DNA of 64,000 nucleotides from Candidatus Saccharimonadota bacterium (GTDB lineage Bacteria > Patescibacteriota > Saccharimonadia > CAILAD01 > BJGX01). The stretch covers positions 2,667 to 66,666 of the forward strand of contig JACPPH010000008.1 in NCBI GenBank assembly GCA_016191105.1. Reading direction: 5' to 3'. The notes beneath the pieces are model-generated. The model did not search any database, was not told where the DNA came from, and saw only the letters and a program-made list of their open reading frames with translations. Made by a program: the position numbers and the translations under genes. Below are positions 1-9,247 of this stretch, piece after piece. Positions within the stretch are counted from its first letter, which is position 1. Each line of letters begins with the position of its first letter.

Positions 1-1
1 C

Positions 2-1573
2 AAGCTAGCCGACACTGTTCGAGCCACTCTGGGTCCGAAAGGACGCAACGTAGTGCTCGACAAGAAGTATGGCAGCCCACTGATTACCAACGATGGCGTA
101 ACCATTGCCAAAGAGATCGAGCTCGAAGATGCATTCGAGAACATGGGCGCTCAGATTGTAAAAGAAGTGGCCAGCAAAACCAATGATCAAGCTGGTGACG
201 GCACCACCACTGCCACCGTGTTAGCTCAAGCCATGATTGAAGACGGCATTAAAAACATTGCTGCTGGCGCTAACCCCATGGCTGTCCGCCGCGGCATCGA
301 AAAAGCTGCCGCGGCTGTAGCCGGCGAGCTCAATAAAATTGCTAAGCCAGTAAGAGCGGGCGAGGAAATTGCCAATGTGGCCAGCATTTCGGCCGCCGAC
401 CCAGAAGTTGGCGCTCTGATTGCCGAAGTTATGGAAAAGATTGGCGCCGATGGCATTGTAACCGTTGAAGAAGGCCAAACTATGGGCCTGGACAAAGAAA
501 TTGTGGAAGGCATGCAGTTCGACAAAGGCTATGTTAGCCCATACATGGTAACCGATACCGCTCGTATGGAAGCCGTGGTCGAAAATGCTCCTATTCTAAT
601 TACCGACAAAAAAATTAGCTCGGTTCAGGAGCTGTTGCCACTGCTTGAAAAGCTGGCCGCCGAAGGCAAGAAAGACTTGGTGATTATTGCCGAAGATCTC
701 GAGGGTGAGGCTCTTACTACCTTGGTTCTCAACAAGCTGCGCGGCACCTTCAATGCTGTGGCTATTAAGGCTCCAGCCTTTGGCGATCGGCGCAAAGAAA
801 TGCTAGCCGATATTGCCATTTTGACTGGCGGACAGGTTATCACCGAAGAGGTGGGTCTAAAGCTCGAAGATGCTAGTGTTGAAATGCTGGGTGAAGCCCG
901 CAAAGTAATTGCCGACAAAGACAACACCACAATTGTAGACGGCAAGGGTAGCCAGGGTGCTGTAAAATCTCGCGTGGCCCAGATGAAGACACAGGCCGAG
1001 AATATGACTAGTGAATATGAGCTCGAGAAGTTGCAAGAACGCATTGCCAAACTCGAGAGTGGCGTGGCTGTTATTAAGGTCGGCGCCGCCACCGAGGTTG
1101 AACTCAAAGAAAAGAAGGCTCGCATAGAAGATGCCATTAACTCTACCAAGGCTGCAGTGGCCGAGGGCATTGTGCCTGGTGGTGGCTCGGCGTTAATTAA
1201 GGCCGCCCGAGCGCTCGATAAGCTTCAGCTCGAAGAAGAAGAGCAAGTTGGTGTAAACATTGTACGCGACAGCTTAGAATCGCCCCTTCGCCAAATTGCC
1301 AGCAACGCCGGTGTAACCGACGTAGCGGTGATTTTGGCCACTATTAATGCTGGCGACAAAGCCATTGGCTGGGATTTTGCTCGTAACCGCAAGGCCGACA
1401 TGCTAAAAGCCGGCATTATAGACCCAGTTAAGGTTACTAAGAGCGCGCTTTTGAATGCTGCCAGCGCCGCTGCTATGCTGCTCACCACCGAAGCCGCGGT
1501 GGTTGATCTGCCCGAAAAAGAAGCTCCAGCTATGCCCGGCGGTGGCATGCCCGACATGGGCGGCATGATGTAA
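2..1573 (+). CDS. groL: Chaperonin GroEL (60 kDa), 5' end outside window
   Basis: Translation from frame 2 gives [23 protein letters not shown]...[10 protein letters not shown], and it ends in the GGM-repeat tail [13 protein letters not shown] typical of GroEL. Confidence 0.97.
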   Translation, partial: KLADTVRATLGPKGRNVVLDKKYGSPLITNDGVTIAKEIELEDAFENMGAQIVKEVASKTNDQAGDGTTTATVLAQAMIEDGIKNIAAGANPMAVRRGIEKAAAAVAGELNKIAKPVRAGEEIANVASISAADPEVGALIAEVMEKIGADGIVTVEEGQTMGLDKEIVEGMQFDKGYVSPYMVTDTARMEAVVENAPILITDKKISSVQELLPLLEKLAAEGKKDLVIIAEDLEGEALTTLVLNKLRGTFNAVAIKAPAFGDRRKEMLADIAILTGGQVITEEVGLKLEDASVEMLGEARKVIADKDNTTIVDGKGSQGAVKSRVAQMKTQAENMTSEYELEKLQERIAKLESGVAVIKVGAATEVELKEKKARIEDAINSTKAAVAEGIVPGGGSALIKAARALDKLQLEEEEQVGVNIVRDSLESPLRQIASNAGVTDVAVILATINAGDKAIGWDFARNRKADMLKAGIIDPVKVTKSALLNAASAAAMLLTTEAAVVDLPEKEAPAMPGGGMPDMGGMM

Positions 1574-1595
1574 ATTCAGCCCAGCACGGACAATA

Positions 1596-1628
1596 AAAAG
1601 ACCCTCCAAGTTGCGGGGGTCTTTTTAT
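1596..1628 (+). terminator. Rho-independent terminator after groEL
   Basis: AAAAAGACCC-TCCAAGTTGC-GGGGGTC hairpin followed by a TTTTTAT run. Confidence 0.75.
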
Positions 1629-1742
1629 GTTGACAAAGTTATTGGCATATTGTAATATCTGCTTAAGTTTCTTGGGCTTTTGAGCCCGGGTTGCAAGAAC
1701 CACGACAAAGCAAGCACAGCGACAACAACGAGAGGAAGACCG

Positions 1743-2117
1743 ATGACGATGACTGCAGATCGGCCCACCACCGCTACACCGATTCCGGCGTCAGTCCGAA
1801 GCGAAAAGGATCGTTTCCTGAAGCTTCCTGAGCTACCAGACTCGATCCGGAGCCTCTTGGAGAACAACCACCAGGCAGGCCTGACAGCTGCCCGGGAGTG
1901 GCTGAAGAGCAAGGAAGACGCCAGAAAGCTCGATGCCATCAAGATCATCTGTTGGCTCCTCAAGATCGGCGCAGACCTCAACGACGACGAAGTCGACGAG
2001 GCTGCTGAGCTCGCAGACCTCATGTTGCACGAACCGGTGCCACGAGATCTCGAAAACGTGATTCGTCGCGGAAAGATAGTGCTGGCTGACGTCTTTATCC
2101 GGACTGAGCTCGACTAA
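1743..2117 (+). CDS. Hypothetical protein in a high-GC insert (alternative start 1680)
   Basis: ORF with a GAGGAAG RBS before the ATG at 1743. GC content and codon usage (gac/ctc/gag-rich) are clearly higher than in the flanking genes. Confidence 0.5.
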   Translation: MTMTADRPTTATPIPASVRSEKDRFLKLPELPDSIRSLLENNHQAGLTAAREWLKSKEDARKLDAIKIICWLLKIGADLNDDEVDEAAELADLMLHEPVPRDLENVIRRGKIVLADVFIRTELD

Positions 2118-2140
2118 CACATCATCCGGGGGGACTGGTA

Positions 2141-2170
2141 GCAGGGAGGGGTCTCGGAGCCCCTCCCTGC
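2141..2170 (+). terminator. Perfect GC-rich hairpin (possible terminator)
   Basis: GCAGGGAGGGGTCTCGGAGCCCCTCCCTGC immediately after the ORF stop. Confidence 0.55.
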
Positions 2171-2368
2171 CCCGGCTTGCTTTGTCGAAACAACTTAATA
2201 TATAGTCGTTTATAAATTCTTACTGAATAGTTATTAACCTATCGATGGCTATTCTGTGGGAATCAACCTAGATTCCCCGTACCGCCACTTGGAGGAGCGG
2301 CATGCAACAAGTAGTTATACGGAAGTGCTAAGTCCGATATTCGTCTACTACAAACGGGAGGTGTTTGG

Positions 2369-2842
2369 GTGATCGTAGCCCAGACAACCAAGCTCGAGAA
2401 ACTACTGGCGGAAAGGAGGGACCTCGAGCAGCACAGCGGTTACCGATGGTCGTGCATGCAGCTTCGGCGCTACGGAAGGGCCGAGCTGGGCATGCTCGTG
2501 ATGCACGACGACGACGTTCGTGATCAGATCGTCGGAGAAGAGCATCTCGAGGCCGCGCTCAGGGCGCTGCGCAGGCTCTTGCGCGAACACGACTGGCGAC
2601 AACGGGTGTGTGAGCGCAGAGAGCGTCTGGCGGCCCTGTACAAGCTGAGCAAGAAGGGACAGCAGATCAGGATCTTTCGAGCCAGTCGCTCAGCAGTGAA
2701 TCGCCTCGACGAGGAGCTCAAGAAACTCGAGGCGAGAGAGCAGGCGCGTTTCGAGCACGAGCTGCAAGAAGAGTCCGAGCTGCACAGCAGGCGTCGACGT
2801 CGAGAGCATCGGCGCTACGTCTACCGCCAGTACCGGCGCTAG
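2369..2842 (+). CDS. Hypothetical Arg/Glu-rich protein in a high-GC insert
   Basis: GGAGG RBS, then a GTG start. About 62% GC. The C-terminus is highly basic (RRRREHRRYVYRQYRR). No family recognised. Confidence 0.5.
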   Translation: MIVAQTTKLEKLLAERRDLEQHSGYRWSCMQLRRYGRAELGMLVMHDDDVRDQIVGEEHLEAALRALRRLLREHDWRQRVCERRERLAALYKLSKKGQQIRIFRASRSAVNRLDEELKKLEAREQARFEHELQEESELHSRRRRREHRRYVYRQYRR

Positions 2843-2914
2843 AAGTTCTCCAGCCCTGGCAGCCGACCGTGGCATCGGCAGCCAGTTGTCCCATCCCAAC
2901 AACTGCCACACACT

Positions 2915-2944
2915 GGGGCGGGGTCTCGCAAGAGACCCCGCCCC
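2915..2944 (+). terminator. GC-rich hairpin terminator
   Basis: GGGGCGGGGTCTC-gcaaga-GACCCCGCCCC followed by a T-rich stretch. It lies just upstream of the next gene's promoter. Confidence 0.6.
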
Positions 2945-2973
2945 GTTGCCGTTTCTGCTATAATTCTAAGCAA

Positions 2974-3990
2974 ATGAATAATAACATTTTCAACGCTATT
3001 GATGCCCAGCCGCAGCAGCTGCGTGAAAGCTACAATGAGGGCTTGGAGCCGGCCTTAACACCACAGCTAGGTTCAGGCATTCGTAACATTGTGTTGGCCG
3101 GCATGGGCGGTAGTGCGTTGGCTGGCGGAGTTATAAAAAACTGGCTCGATGAGCGCCTGAGTGTGCCGTTCGAGACAGTGCGCGACTACAAACTGCCAAG
3201 CTACATCGATACTGACAGTCTGGTGATAGTTAGTAGCTACTCTGGCAACACCGAAGAAACACTTAGTGCTTGTGAATTTGCCGATAAAATGAGTGCTCAG
3301 ATTGTAATCATGACCCATGGGGGTACACTGCTGGAACAGGCTCAAAAAGAGGGTAATTGGCTGCTTGAGCTGCCCCAGGCCGAGCAACCGCGATTTGCTG
3401 TTTTGGCTGACTTAAAGGCCATGGCCTGCCTACTGCAAGACCTCGGCCTGGCCGGCAGCATAGATCTGCGCCGCGAACTAATAGAGGTTGCGAACTTTCT
3501 AGACCGGCAAAAAAGCACCTTGAACCTAGATAGCGACAGCAATAACTTGGCGGCCAAGATCGCTGCGCAACTGACCGGCAAACCAGCCCTTATATATGCC
3601 AGCCCGCTAATCAGTAGTACCGCCTACAAATGGAAGATAAACATTAACGAAGACGCCAAACAAATGGCTTTTTGTAACGTGTTTCCAGAACTCGACCATA
3701 ATGAGCTCGAGGGCTGGCTACTGCCCAAAGAAAAGCAGCTCAACTCTGTGCTGTTGCGCTCAAGTTTAGAAACAGCTCAAATGCAAAAACGCATCGATGC
3801 TACCAAAGAGGTGCTAAAGGGTCATGGCTTTGAGCCAATCGAAGTTAAAGCAGTGGGCGAAACCCGGCTGCAGCAATTGCTGTACGTTAATTTGCTAGGG
3901 GACTATGTGAGTGCCTACTTGGCCCAAGCTAATCATGTCGACCCGCTGCCCGTTAAGTTGGTTGAGGAGCTTAAGGCCAAGCTTAAATAG
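2974..3990 (+). CDS. Bifunctional phosphoglucose/phosphomannose isomerase (PGI/PMI family, SIS domain)
   Basis: GMGGSALAG motif, an SIS-domain layout and the overall length fit the archaeal-type PGI/PMI family. Start chosen at MNNNIF after the hairpin, with a TATAAT about 12 nt upstream. Confidence 0.7.
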   Translation: MNNNIFNAIDAQPQQLRESYNEGLEPALTPQLGSGIRNIVLAGMGGSALAGGVIKNWLDERLSVPFETVRDYKLPSYIDTDSLVIVSSYSGNTEETLSACEFADKMSAQIVIMTHGGTLLEQAQKEGNWLLELPQAEQPRFAVLADLKAMACLLQDLGLAGSIDLRRELIEVANFLDRQKSTLNLDSDSNNLAAKIAAQLTGKPALIYASPLISSTAYKWKININEDAKQMAFCNVFPELDHNELEGWLLPKEKQLNSVLLRSSLETAQMQKRIDATKEVLKGHGFEPIEVKAVGETRLQQLLYVNLLGDYVSAYLAQANHVDPLPVKLVEELKAKLK

Positions 3991-4143
3991 TTCGAATTTT
4001 GAACTGTTTTCAGATATAATATGGCTCGTTCTCTAAACTACGATTCAAATTGTCGAAGAAATTTGGATTGAGAGGAGAAACAATGCGAGAATGTAAATTA
4101 CAATTTTGAAATTGTAATAATTATCAAAGCATTGTTACGACGA

Positions 4144-4233
4144 GGAGAGGTCGCATAGTGGCCTAGTGCGCCGCCTTGGAAAGGCGGTATATCCGCAAGG
4201 GTATCGAGGGTTCGAATCCCTCCCTCTCCGCCA
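4144..4233 (+). tRNA. tRNA-Ser (anticodon GGA)
   Basis: 7-bp acceptor stem GGAGAGG/CCTCTCC. Anticodon stem CCGCC/GGCGG with loop TTGGAAA. Long variable arm. T-arm GAGGGTTCGAATCCCTC. CCA is encoded. Confidence 0.85.
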
Positions 4234-4257
4234 TGAGCCTAGATGCTCATTTTTTGT
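4234..4257 (+). terminator. Terminator after tRNA-Ser
   Basis: ATGAGC-ctagat-GCTCAT hairpin followed by TTTTTT. Confidence 0.6.
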
Positions 4258-4269
4258 TACAATGTGCTT

Positions 4270-4767
4270 ATGGCTAAAAAATTGGCTCTAAAACGCTACC
4301 GACCACTAATTGTAATTTTTTTGGTTGTTTTAGCTTTTACGGGCTACAAGATGTTTGCTCGAGCCAGCCTAGAGGTAGCCCCGGCGGTCTTGGATTTTAT
4401 GGGTGCGTTCTTTATTGTGGTGGGAGCTATTAAGGTCTACGAGATCGACTCTTTTGCCAAAACTTTTGCTAAATACGACGAGATTGCCAAACACGCCAAG
4501 CTCTATGCCTACATGTACCCGTTTATAGAAATAAGTATCGGCCTAGCCATGTTATTTAACTTCGAGGTTCTGGTTGTTACTTGGGTGGCGCTGTGCTTAA
4601 TGCTAATTGACAGCGTTGGTTCTTACCAGGGCATTAAGAATCCGGCCGTGCGAACCAGCGCTACACTGGGCACCGTCTTTCGCATTCCACTTACCTGGGT
4701 AACGCTAGGCGAAGATGTATTAATTGCTGGGCTGGCGGTTATTACCTTGTTTTACTACTACCGCTAA
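4270..4767 (+). CDS. Small polytopic membrane protein (DoxX/MauE-like)
   Basis: Four predicted hydrophobic helices. Start taken at MAKKLALKRY, downstream of the terminator. Confidence 0.55.
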   Translation: MAKKLALKRYRPLIVIFLVVLAFTGYKMFARASLEVAPAVLDFMGAFFIVVGAIKVYEIDSFAKTFAKYDEIAKHAKLYAYMYPFIEISIGLAMLFNFEVLVVTWVALCLMLIDSVGSYQGIKNPAVRTSATLGTVFRIPLTWVTLGEDVLIAGLAVITLFYYYR

Positions 4768-5423
4768 CGCTTGGCGACAGCCAAGCCCCATACACTTTTG
4801 GCGCCAGCCTGCTTAAGTACTCGAGCACACTCATTTAGGGTGGCGCCGGTGGTTACAACATCGTCGACAATTACAACTCGGGCACCCGCTACCTGCGGCG
4901 TAATAACCATAAAGTTACCCCTAACAGACTGCAAGCGAGCTTGCCGGCCCAAACCAATCTGGCCGGTATGGGCTACACGAATCATGGTTTTTGTGACCGG
5001 CACAGATGTATTTCGGCCAACCTGCTTGGCCAGCAACAGCGACTGATTGTAGCCACGGCGCCTTTGTGATCGGCCGTCGCTAGGGACAAAGCTCAGCATA
5101 TCAAACCTGCTACCCTCCAAAAGGCTAGCCATACTCGGCGCAAATAGCTCAGCCGCCGAGCGGTCGCCATAGTATTTGAGCCGGTATACAAGCTCGTCGA
5201 CTGGGTTTTGCAGGCGATATGACACTAGAACACCATTTAAGCTAGTTTTAGCCCGACAGCGTTTGCAGGTACGGCCGTCATCATTCAGCTCGTTACAATA
5301 AAAGCAGGCGGGTTTTTTAACGATTAGCTGGGTTTGCGAGCACTCAGAACACAAAAGACTACCCTCAACGTTGCATTTTATACAACAGCTTGGACTTAAT
5401 AATTCGGTGATTTTTTGTAGCAT
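4764..5423 (-). CDS. comFC: ComF family protein (phosphoribosyltransferase-type competence protein)
   Basis: N-terminal Cys-rich zinc-finger region (CCIKCN...CSECS) and a C-terminal PRTase motif VVIVDDVVTTGATL. Start taken at MLQKITELL to avoid a divergent overlap with hsp20. Confidence 0.75.
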   Translation of the reverse strand: MLQKITELLSPSCCIKCNVEGSLLCSECSQTQLIVKKPACFYCNELNDDGRTCKRCRAKTSLNGVLVSYRLQNPVDELVYRLKYYGDRSAAELFAPSMASLLEGSRFDMLSFVPSDGRSQRRRGYNQSLLLAKQVGRNTSVPVTKTMIRVAHTGQIGLGRQARLQSVRGNFMVITPQVAGARVVIVDDVVTTGATLNECARVLKQAGAKSVWGLAVAKR

Positions 5424-5497
5424 GTGGCTTGCATTCAGGTATATTATCTGATTATAATAGGTGGTAATAACCTTGGTGGCAAGGATAAGGAGGATAT

Positions 5498-5941
5498 ATG
5501 GCAAGAAAAAACCAGGTAGACGAAGAAATCCTAGAAGATGAGTTTTTAGACGACGAACAGGCCAAAGAGGCTGGTAACGAAGAATGGATGAACGAAGAAG
5601 AGTTCGAAGGTCAGCTAGCAGTTGACGTTTATCAGACCAAAGACACTATTGTGATTAAGGCTCCAATTGCTGGTGTTAAGCCCGAGGATATCGATGTGGC
5701 TATTTCGGAGGACGTTGTGACTATTCGTGGCGACCGCAAAGAAGAAGTTACGGTCGAAAAAGACAATTATTATGTTCAGGAATGCTTTTGGGGCAGCTTT
5801 AGCCGGTCGGTTATTCTACCTACCAGCACTGTCGCCGAAAAGGCCAATGCCAGCCTCAAAGATGGCGTGCTAACAATCGAGATTCCAAAAGTGGTGCCAG
5901 AAGACAAGGTTAAGAAGATTAAGGTTAAACCAGCCGCTTAA
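5498..5941 (+). CDS. Hsp20/alpha-crystallin family small heat-shock protein
   Basis: Alpha-crystallin domain with the C-terminal LTIEIPK motif. AAGGAGGATAT precedes the ATG. Confidence 0.9.
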   Translation: MARKNQVDEEILEDEFLDDEQAKEAGNEEWMNEEEFEGQLAVDVYQTKDTIVIKAPIAGVKPEDIDVAISEDVVTIRGDRKEEVTVEKDNYYVQECFWGSFSRSVILPTSTVAEKANASLKDGVLTIEIPKVVPEDKVKKIKVKPAA

Positions 5942-5966
5942 ACAGTAATTTGTGTGTGCATTCTCT

Positions 5967-5996
5967 AAAAAAGCCCTTGAGTAAGGGCTTTTTTGA
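5967..5996 (+). terminator. Rho-independent terminator after hsp20
   Basis: AAAAAGCCCTTgagtAAGGGCTTTTTTG. Confidence 0.8.
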
Positions 5997-6031
5997 TTCC
6001 CCAATTCTAAAAATTGTCCCGCCCGTCTATC

Positions 6032-6161
6032 GGCCTATGCTGCGATCAGCAAGTGCAGTAGCAAAATGCACTCTTGTTGCGAGAATCTTGTTACTACATG
6101 ACCGCGCAGCAACAGGAAGGTATTTTGCTGTCTGCACGCTGCTAGAATCGCAGCATAGGCC
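6032..6161. other. Long imperfect ~130-nt hairpin in the intergenic region
   Basis: GGCCTATGCTGCGAT pairs with ATCGCAGCATAGGCC, and the inner arms (CAGCAAGTGCAGTAGCAAAAT / ATTTTGCTGTCTGCACGCTG) are also largely complementary. Confidence 0.5.
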
Positions 6162-6209
6162 AAAGTTTTATCCAACTTTTTCTGATTCTCGAGTGTCGGG
6201 GAGAATTAG

Positions 6210-7541
6210 CTATTTCTTTTGAACCTGCTCGGTCACTTTGGGCTCTACCAGGCGCAATGCAATAGCCGGGTCGTAGCCCAGCTGAACTGTGGCCATGGCT
6301 TCGCGCAAGGCTTCGTCTGAGGCCGCTGCATTGTAACCCTGGTACCAGTCGGTAGCGCTTACTACTTGCCTGGCAAACGGCCCCAGAATAGGGTCGTTGT
6401 ATTGACTCTTAGCTAAATCTGGGCGGCTCGAAACTCGGCCGCTGGCGTTCAAATATTTAGCTAGCTCATTGTAGGAGCTGGCAAAACCCAAAAAGTCCCA
6501 GGCAATATCGGGATTTTTGCTATTGCTCGAAACCAGCTCGGCCACGTATTGACTATAGTTGAGTTGATTTGAGCTATTAAGCTGGGGTAATGGGGCGGTT
6601 TTAAACTTTAAATCTGGGTTGGTGGCCGAAATCATGTTGGCCTGAAACGGGTAATCAATAATCATAGCAGTTTTACCGTTTGCAAAAGCCTGAACACTGC
6701 CGCCCAGAGCATCGCTCCACGAATAGCTGGTTTTGTTTGGATTAGAAAAGCTCGAGTAAAAGGCCAGGGCCTTGGCGCCAGCGTTGTAGTTATTGGAGTC
6801 GACTGAGCCAAATGTTGCTTGGGTAGGCGGCTGGTTGGTCATTTGAGCGCCATTTTGCATCATTAGTACTGAAAGCACATCGGCACTGTTATTAATGGCT
6901 GGGGTACCCAGCGCTACGCCCGATTTGTATAGAGCCGGCCCCTGTTTTTGACTTAATTTGGTGTTGGCATCGAGCAGTTCTTGCCAGCTACTCGGCGGGT
7001 CTTTTAAGCCAGCTTGTTCAAACAGGCTAGGGTTATAAAACAATCCCAAGGTTGGTAGGCTATAGGCTACGCCCCAAACCTTATTGCCCTGCACCAGTTC
7101 GCCGCTAATCAGCGAGGCAAAGTCAGACTTAAACTGTTTAGCTGTAAATACACTTTCTGGCGCCGGGCTAGCATTGGCCTGATAACGCACCAACCAATCA
7201 TTGCGAATTGCAAAAATGTCGGGCAAAGTTCCGGCTTTGGCAGCGGCTGTAAGTTTGGCATCATAGATAGCTGCATCCACCTCTTGAATCTGCACCGTAA
7301 CATTGGGGTGAAGTTTTTGATAGTCGGCCACCACGGCGTCGAAGGCATTCTGGCTATCATAAACTCGCCAGTAAGTAAGAGTAATTGGCGTAGTGGGGTA
7401 CTGAACCGAACCTTTGTAGTCACGATTGTTGGCCACCGGCGGCGGGGGCGACAAAAAAAAGTAATAGACCCACATAAAAACAATCAGACCAATAAATAGT
7501 AGGTAGTAACGCAGTCGTGGACGATGTAGGCGCTTCTTCAT
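6210..7541 (-). CDS. Extracellular solute-binding protein (SBP family 1-like), N-terminal membrane anchor
   Basis: About 440 aa with an N-terminal TM segment. Composition and length are typical of sugar-binding SBPs. No permease or ATPase gene adjacent. Confidence 0.55.
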   Translation of the reverse strand: MKKRLHRPRLRYYLLFIGLIVFMWVYYFFLSPPPPVANNRDYKGSVQYPTTPITLTYWRVYDSQNAFDAVVADYQKLHPNVTVQIQEVDAAIYDAKLTAAAKAGTLPDIFAIRNDWLVRYQANASPAPESVFTAKQFKSDFASLISGELVQGNKVWGVAYSLPTLGLFYNPSLFEQAGLKDPPSSWQELLDANTKLSQKQGPALYKSGVALGTPAINNSADVLSVLMMQNGAQMTNQPPTQATFGSVDSNNYNAGAKALAFYSSFSNPNKTSYSWSDALGGSVQAFANGKTAMIIDYPFQANMISATNPDLKFKTAPLPQLNSSNQLNYSQYVAELVSSNSKNPDIAWDFLGFASSYNELAKYLNASGRVSSRPDLAKSQYNDPILGPFARQVVSATDWYQGYNAAASDEALREAMATVQLGYDPAIALRLVEPKVTEQVQKK

Positions 7542-7775
7542 AAGTTAAGAGCTTGTCTCATAGTTTCATTTTAGCTTAAACCTATGCTTTTTGTCCTTTT
7601 TTGGCTGCAAATCAATTCTGTTTTGTTGGCTTAGAGGTGTCTAGGTTCTCCTTATAAAAACGATTTTCGTACAAAGATTTGCTTGTTTTACTCAAAATAA
7701 CAGATTATAAAGCCGGCTCTTGTTGGGTAGTAAATACTCAGCACTGCCCCCAATTACTCTTTTTTGGCCTTTGGT

Positions 7776-8153
7776 TTAAAAGAAGCTCAGCACAAAGTTG
7801 ACAATTACAAATGCCAAAAGCGCTACGACCAAGCCCACAACTGCGTAGATGATGGTATCTTTGGCACTGCGCAAGCCATTTTCGTCGCCCTGGCTCAATA
7901 CATACTTAAGCCCGCCAATTACAATCATAATCACGGCCGCCGCCCCAATAATTATAAGTAGAGTGTTGGTAACTGCAGCAATTCGGCCCGGCAGAGTGCC
8001 GCCGGGGGCACTCCCCTGAGCACAACTCGCCCCAGCAGATACGCCGCCAGCTATATCGCAGCTGGCTCCTGCATAGGTGATAGCGGGAAAAGCCAAAAGT
8101 GTCGCAAAGGCCATGAGGCCTGCGGCAATGCGGTTTGAGTTAATAAATTTCAC
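7776..8153 (-). CDS. VirB2/TrbC-like pilin-type small membrane protein, paralog 1 (alternative starts 8237 or 8114)
   Basis: Signal-peptide-like N-terminus. Two C-terminal hydrophobic helices separated by the GD(E)...AK loop motif shared with the four neighbouring paralogs (…NTLLIIIGAAAVIMIVIGGLKYVLSQGDENGLRSAKDTIIYAVVGLVVALLAFVIVNFV). Confidence 0.6.
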   Translation of the reverse strand: MKFINSNRIAAGLMAFATLLAFPAITYAGASCDIAGGVSAGASCAQGSAPGGTLPGRIAAVTNTLLIIIGAAAVIMIVIGGLKYVLSQGDENGLRSAKDTIIYAVVGLVVALLAFVIVNFVLSFF

Positions 8154-8172
8154 TTGAGTTGAGAGCTCCTTA

Positions 8173-8538
8173 TTACGAGAACTGCCCAAGCACGAAGTTA
8201 ACAATGGCATAGGCCAGCAAGGCCACCACAATACCAATTATCGAGAAGAGGATGGTATCTTTGGCGCCTTTGACTTGCTTTTCGTCGCCTTGACTAAAAA
8301 TGTAGCGAAAGCCACCCACAATAAGCATAATAACTGCCACCACACCAATTACTATCAAGAGGGTATTGGTAATCTGTGCAACCTGGGTGGTTAGCGGGAC
8401 GCTAGAAAGCGAACCTTGAGCCGAGTTAGCGCCCTGTGAGACATCGGGGTTGGCAGCATGCGCGGCTCCGGCAATTGCTACGCCCAAGCCCGCGCCTACG
8501 GTTGCAGTAGTGATTTTAATTCGCGATGAAAGTGACAT
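8173..8538 (-). CDS. VirB2/TrbC-like pilin-type small membrane protein, paralog 2
   Basis: Same architecture and motif. AAGGAG lies 10 nt before the chosen ATG. Confidence 0.65.
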   Translation of the reverse strand: MSLSSRIKITTATVGAGLGVAIAGAAHAANPDVSQGANSAQGSLSSVPLTTQVAQITNTLLIVIGVVAVIMLIVGGFRYIFSQGDEKQVKGAKDTILFSIIGIVVALLAYAIVNFVLGQFS

Positions 8539-8628
8539 ATGAGTGCTTCTCCTTATTAACATAACAATTATACATTGGTTATTGGTAATTATATCGCCGG
8601 CCGTAAAATAAGTAAAGACCGGGGGTGG

Positions 8629-8934
8629 CTACCTAAAAACACCAATTACAAAATTAACTATCAAGAACGATAGCAGGGCAATTACTAGCCCTACAACTGA
8701 ATAAATTATGGCCTCTTTGGCCTGGCGCAAGCGGTTTTCGTCGCCACCGCTGGTTACATAGGTAAAGCCACCATAAATTATGCCAATCACGGCAGCAGCA
8801 CCAACCAAGAAGAGCAGAGTGTTGGTAACGGTTGAGATTATGTCGCCAAAGCCTTTTTGCGGCAAAGCATTTGGCAATGATGGAGCTGCCGCTAGTATTT
8901 TTGTTGCTAGCTTAAACATATCTGTATTATACAT
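8629..8934 (-). CDS. VirB2/TrbC-like pilin-type small membrane protein, paralog 3
   Basis: 101 aa. Contains TLLFLVGAAAVIGIIYGGFTYVTSGGDENRLRQAKEAIIYSVVGLVIALLSFLIVNFV. Confidence 0.65.
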   Translation of the reverse strand: MYNTDMFKLATKILAAAPSLPNALPQKGFGDIISTVTNTLLFLVGAAAVIGIIYGGFTYVTSGGDENRLRQAKEAIIYSVVGLVIALLSFLIVNFVIGVFR

Positions 8935-8959
8935 TAAATATAGTTAGGCCAAAGCAGTC

Positions 8960-9247
8960 TTAAAAAAATTTACTAAAGATAAAGTTAAGAATACTACCAA
9001 CTGCCATAGCAGCAACAAGCCCGCCCACAGATGCCGCCAAAGCTCTTTTGGCAAAAAGCAAACGCCTTTCGTCGCCACCAGATGTTACATACATAAAGCC
9101 GGCGATTATTATAAAGATAACCGACACCACCCCAACAATAAAAAGCAATATAACTACCGCATTATTTAATAGGCCGGCCACAGCACCCTGCCAATTGCCA
9201 GCGTTGATTTGGTCTTGAATGGGTTGGGTGAAAAGAGTAAAGTTCAT
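8960..9247 (-). CDS. VirB2/TrbC-like pilin-type small membrane protein, paralog 4
   Basis: 95 aa with the same two-helix topology. Its ATG overlaps the upstream stop in an ATGA arrangement. Confidence 0.6.
   Translation of the reverse strand: MNFTLFTQPIQDQINAGNWQGAVAGLLNNAVVILLFIVGVVSVIFIIIAGFMYVTSGGDERRLLFAKRALAASVGGLVAAMAVGSILNFIFSKFF

Noticed and set aside
225-1609. Several minus-strand ORFs (226..525, 625..1170, 1225..1566, 1403..1609) inside groEL
   Set aside because: Entirely antisense to a highly conserved gene. Ala/Ser/Pro-rich translations typical of spurious ORFs opposite GC-rich coding sequence.
5950-6222. 90-aa plus-strand ORF downstream of hsp20
   Set aside because: Spans the hsp20 terminator and the long hairpin element. 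No RBS and no recognisable protein features.
7109-7499. ORFs 7109..7483 (-) and 7284..7499 (+) within the solute-binding-protein gene
   Set aside because: Alternative frames or antisense of a longer, well-formed ORF.
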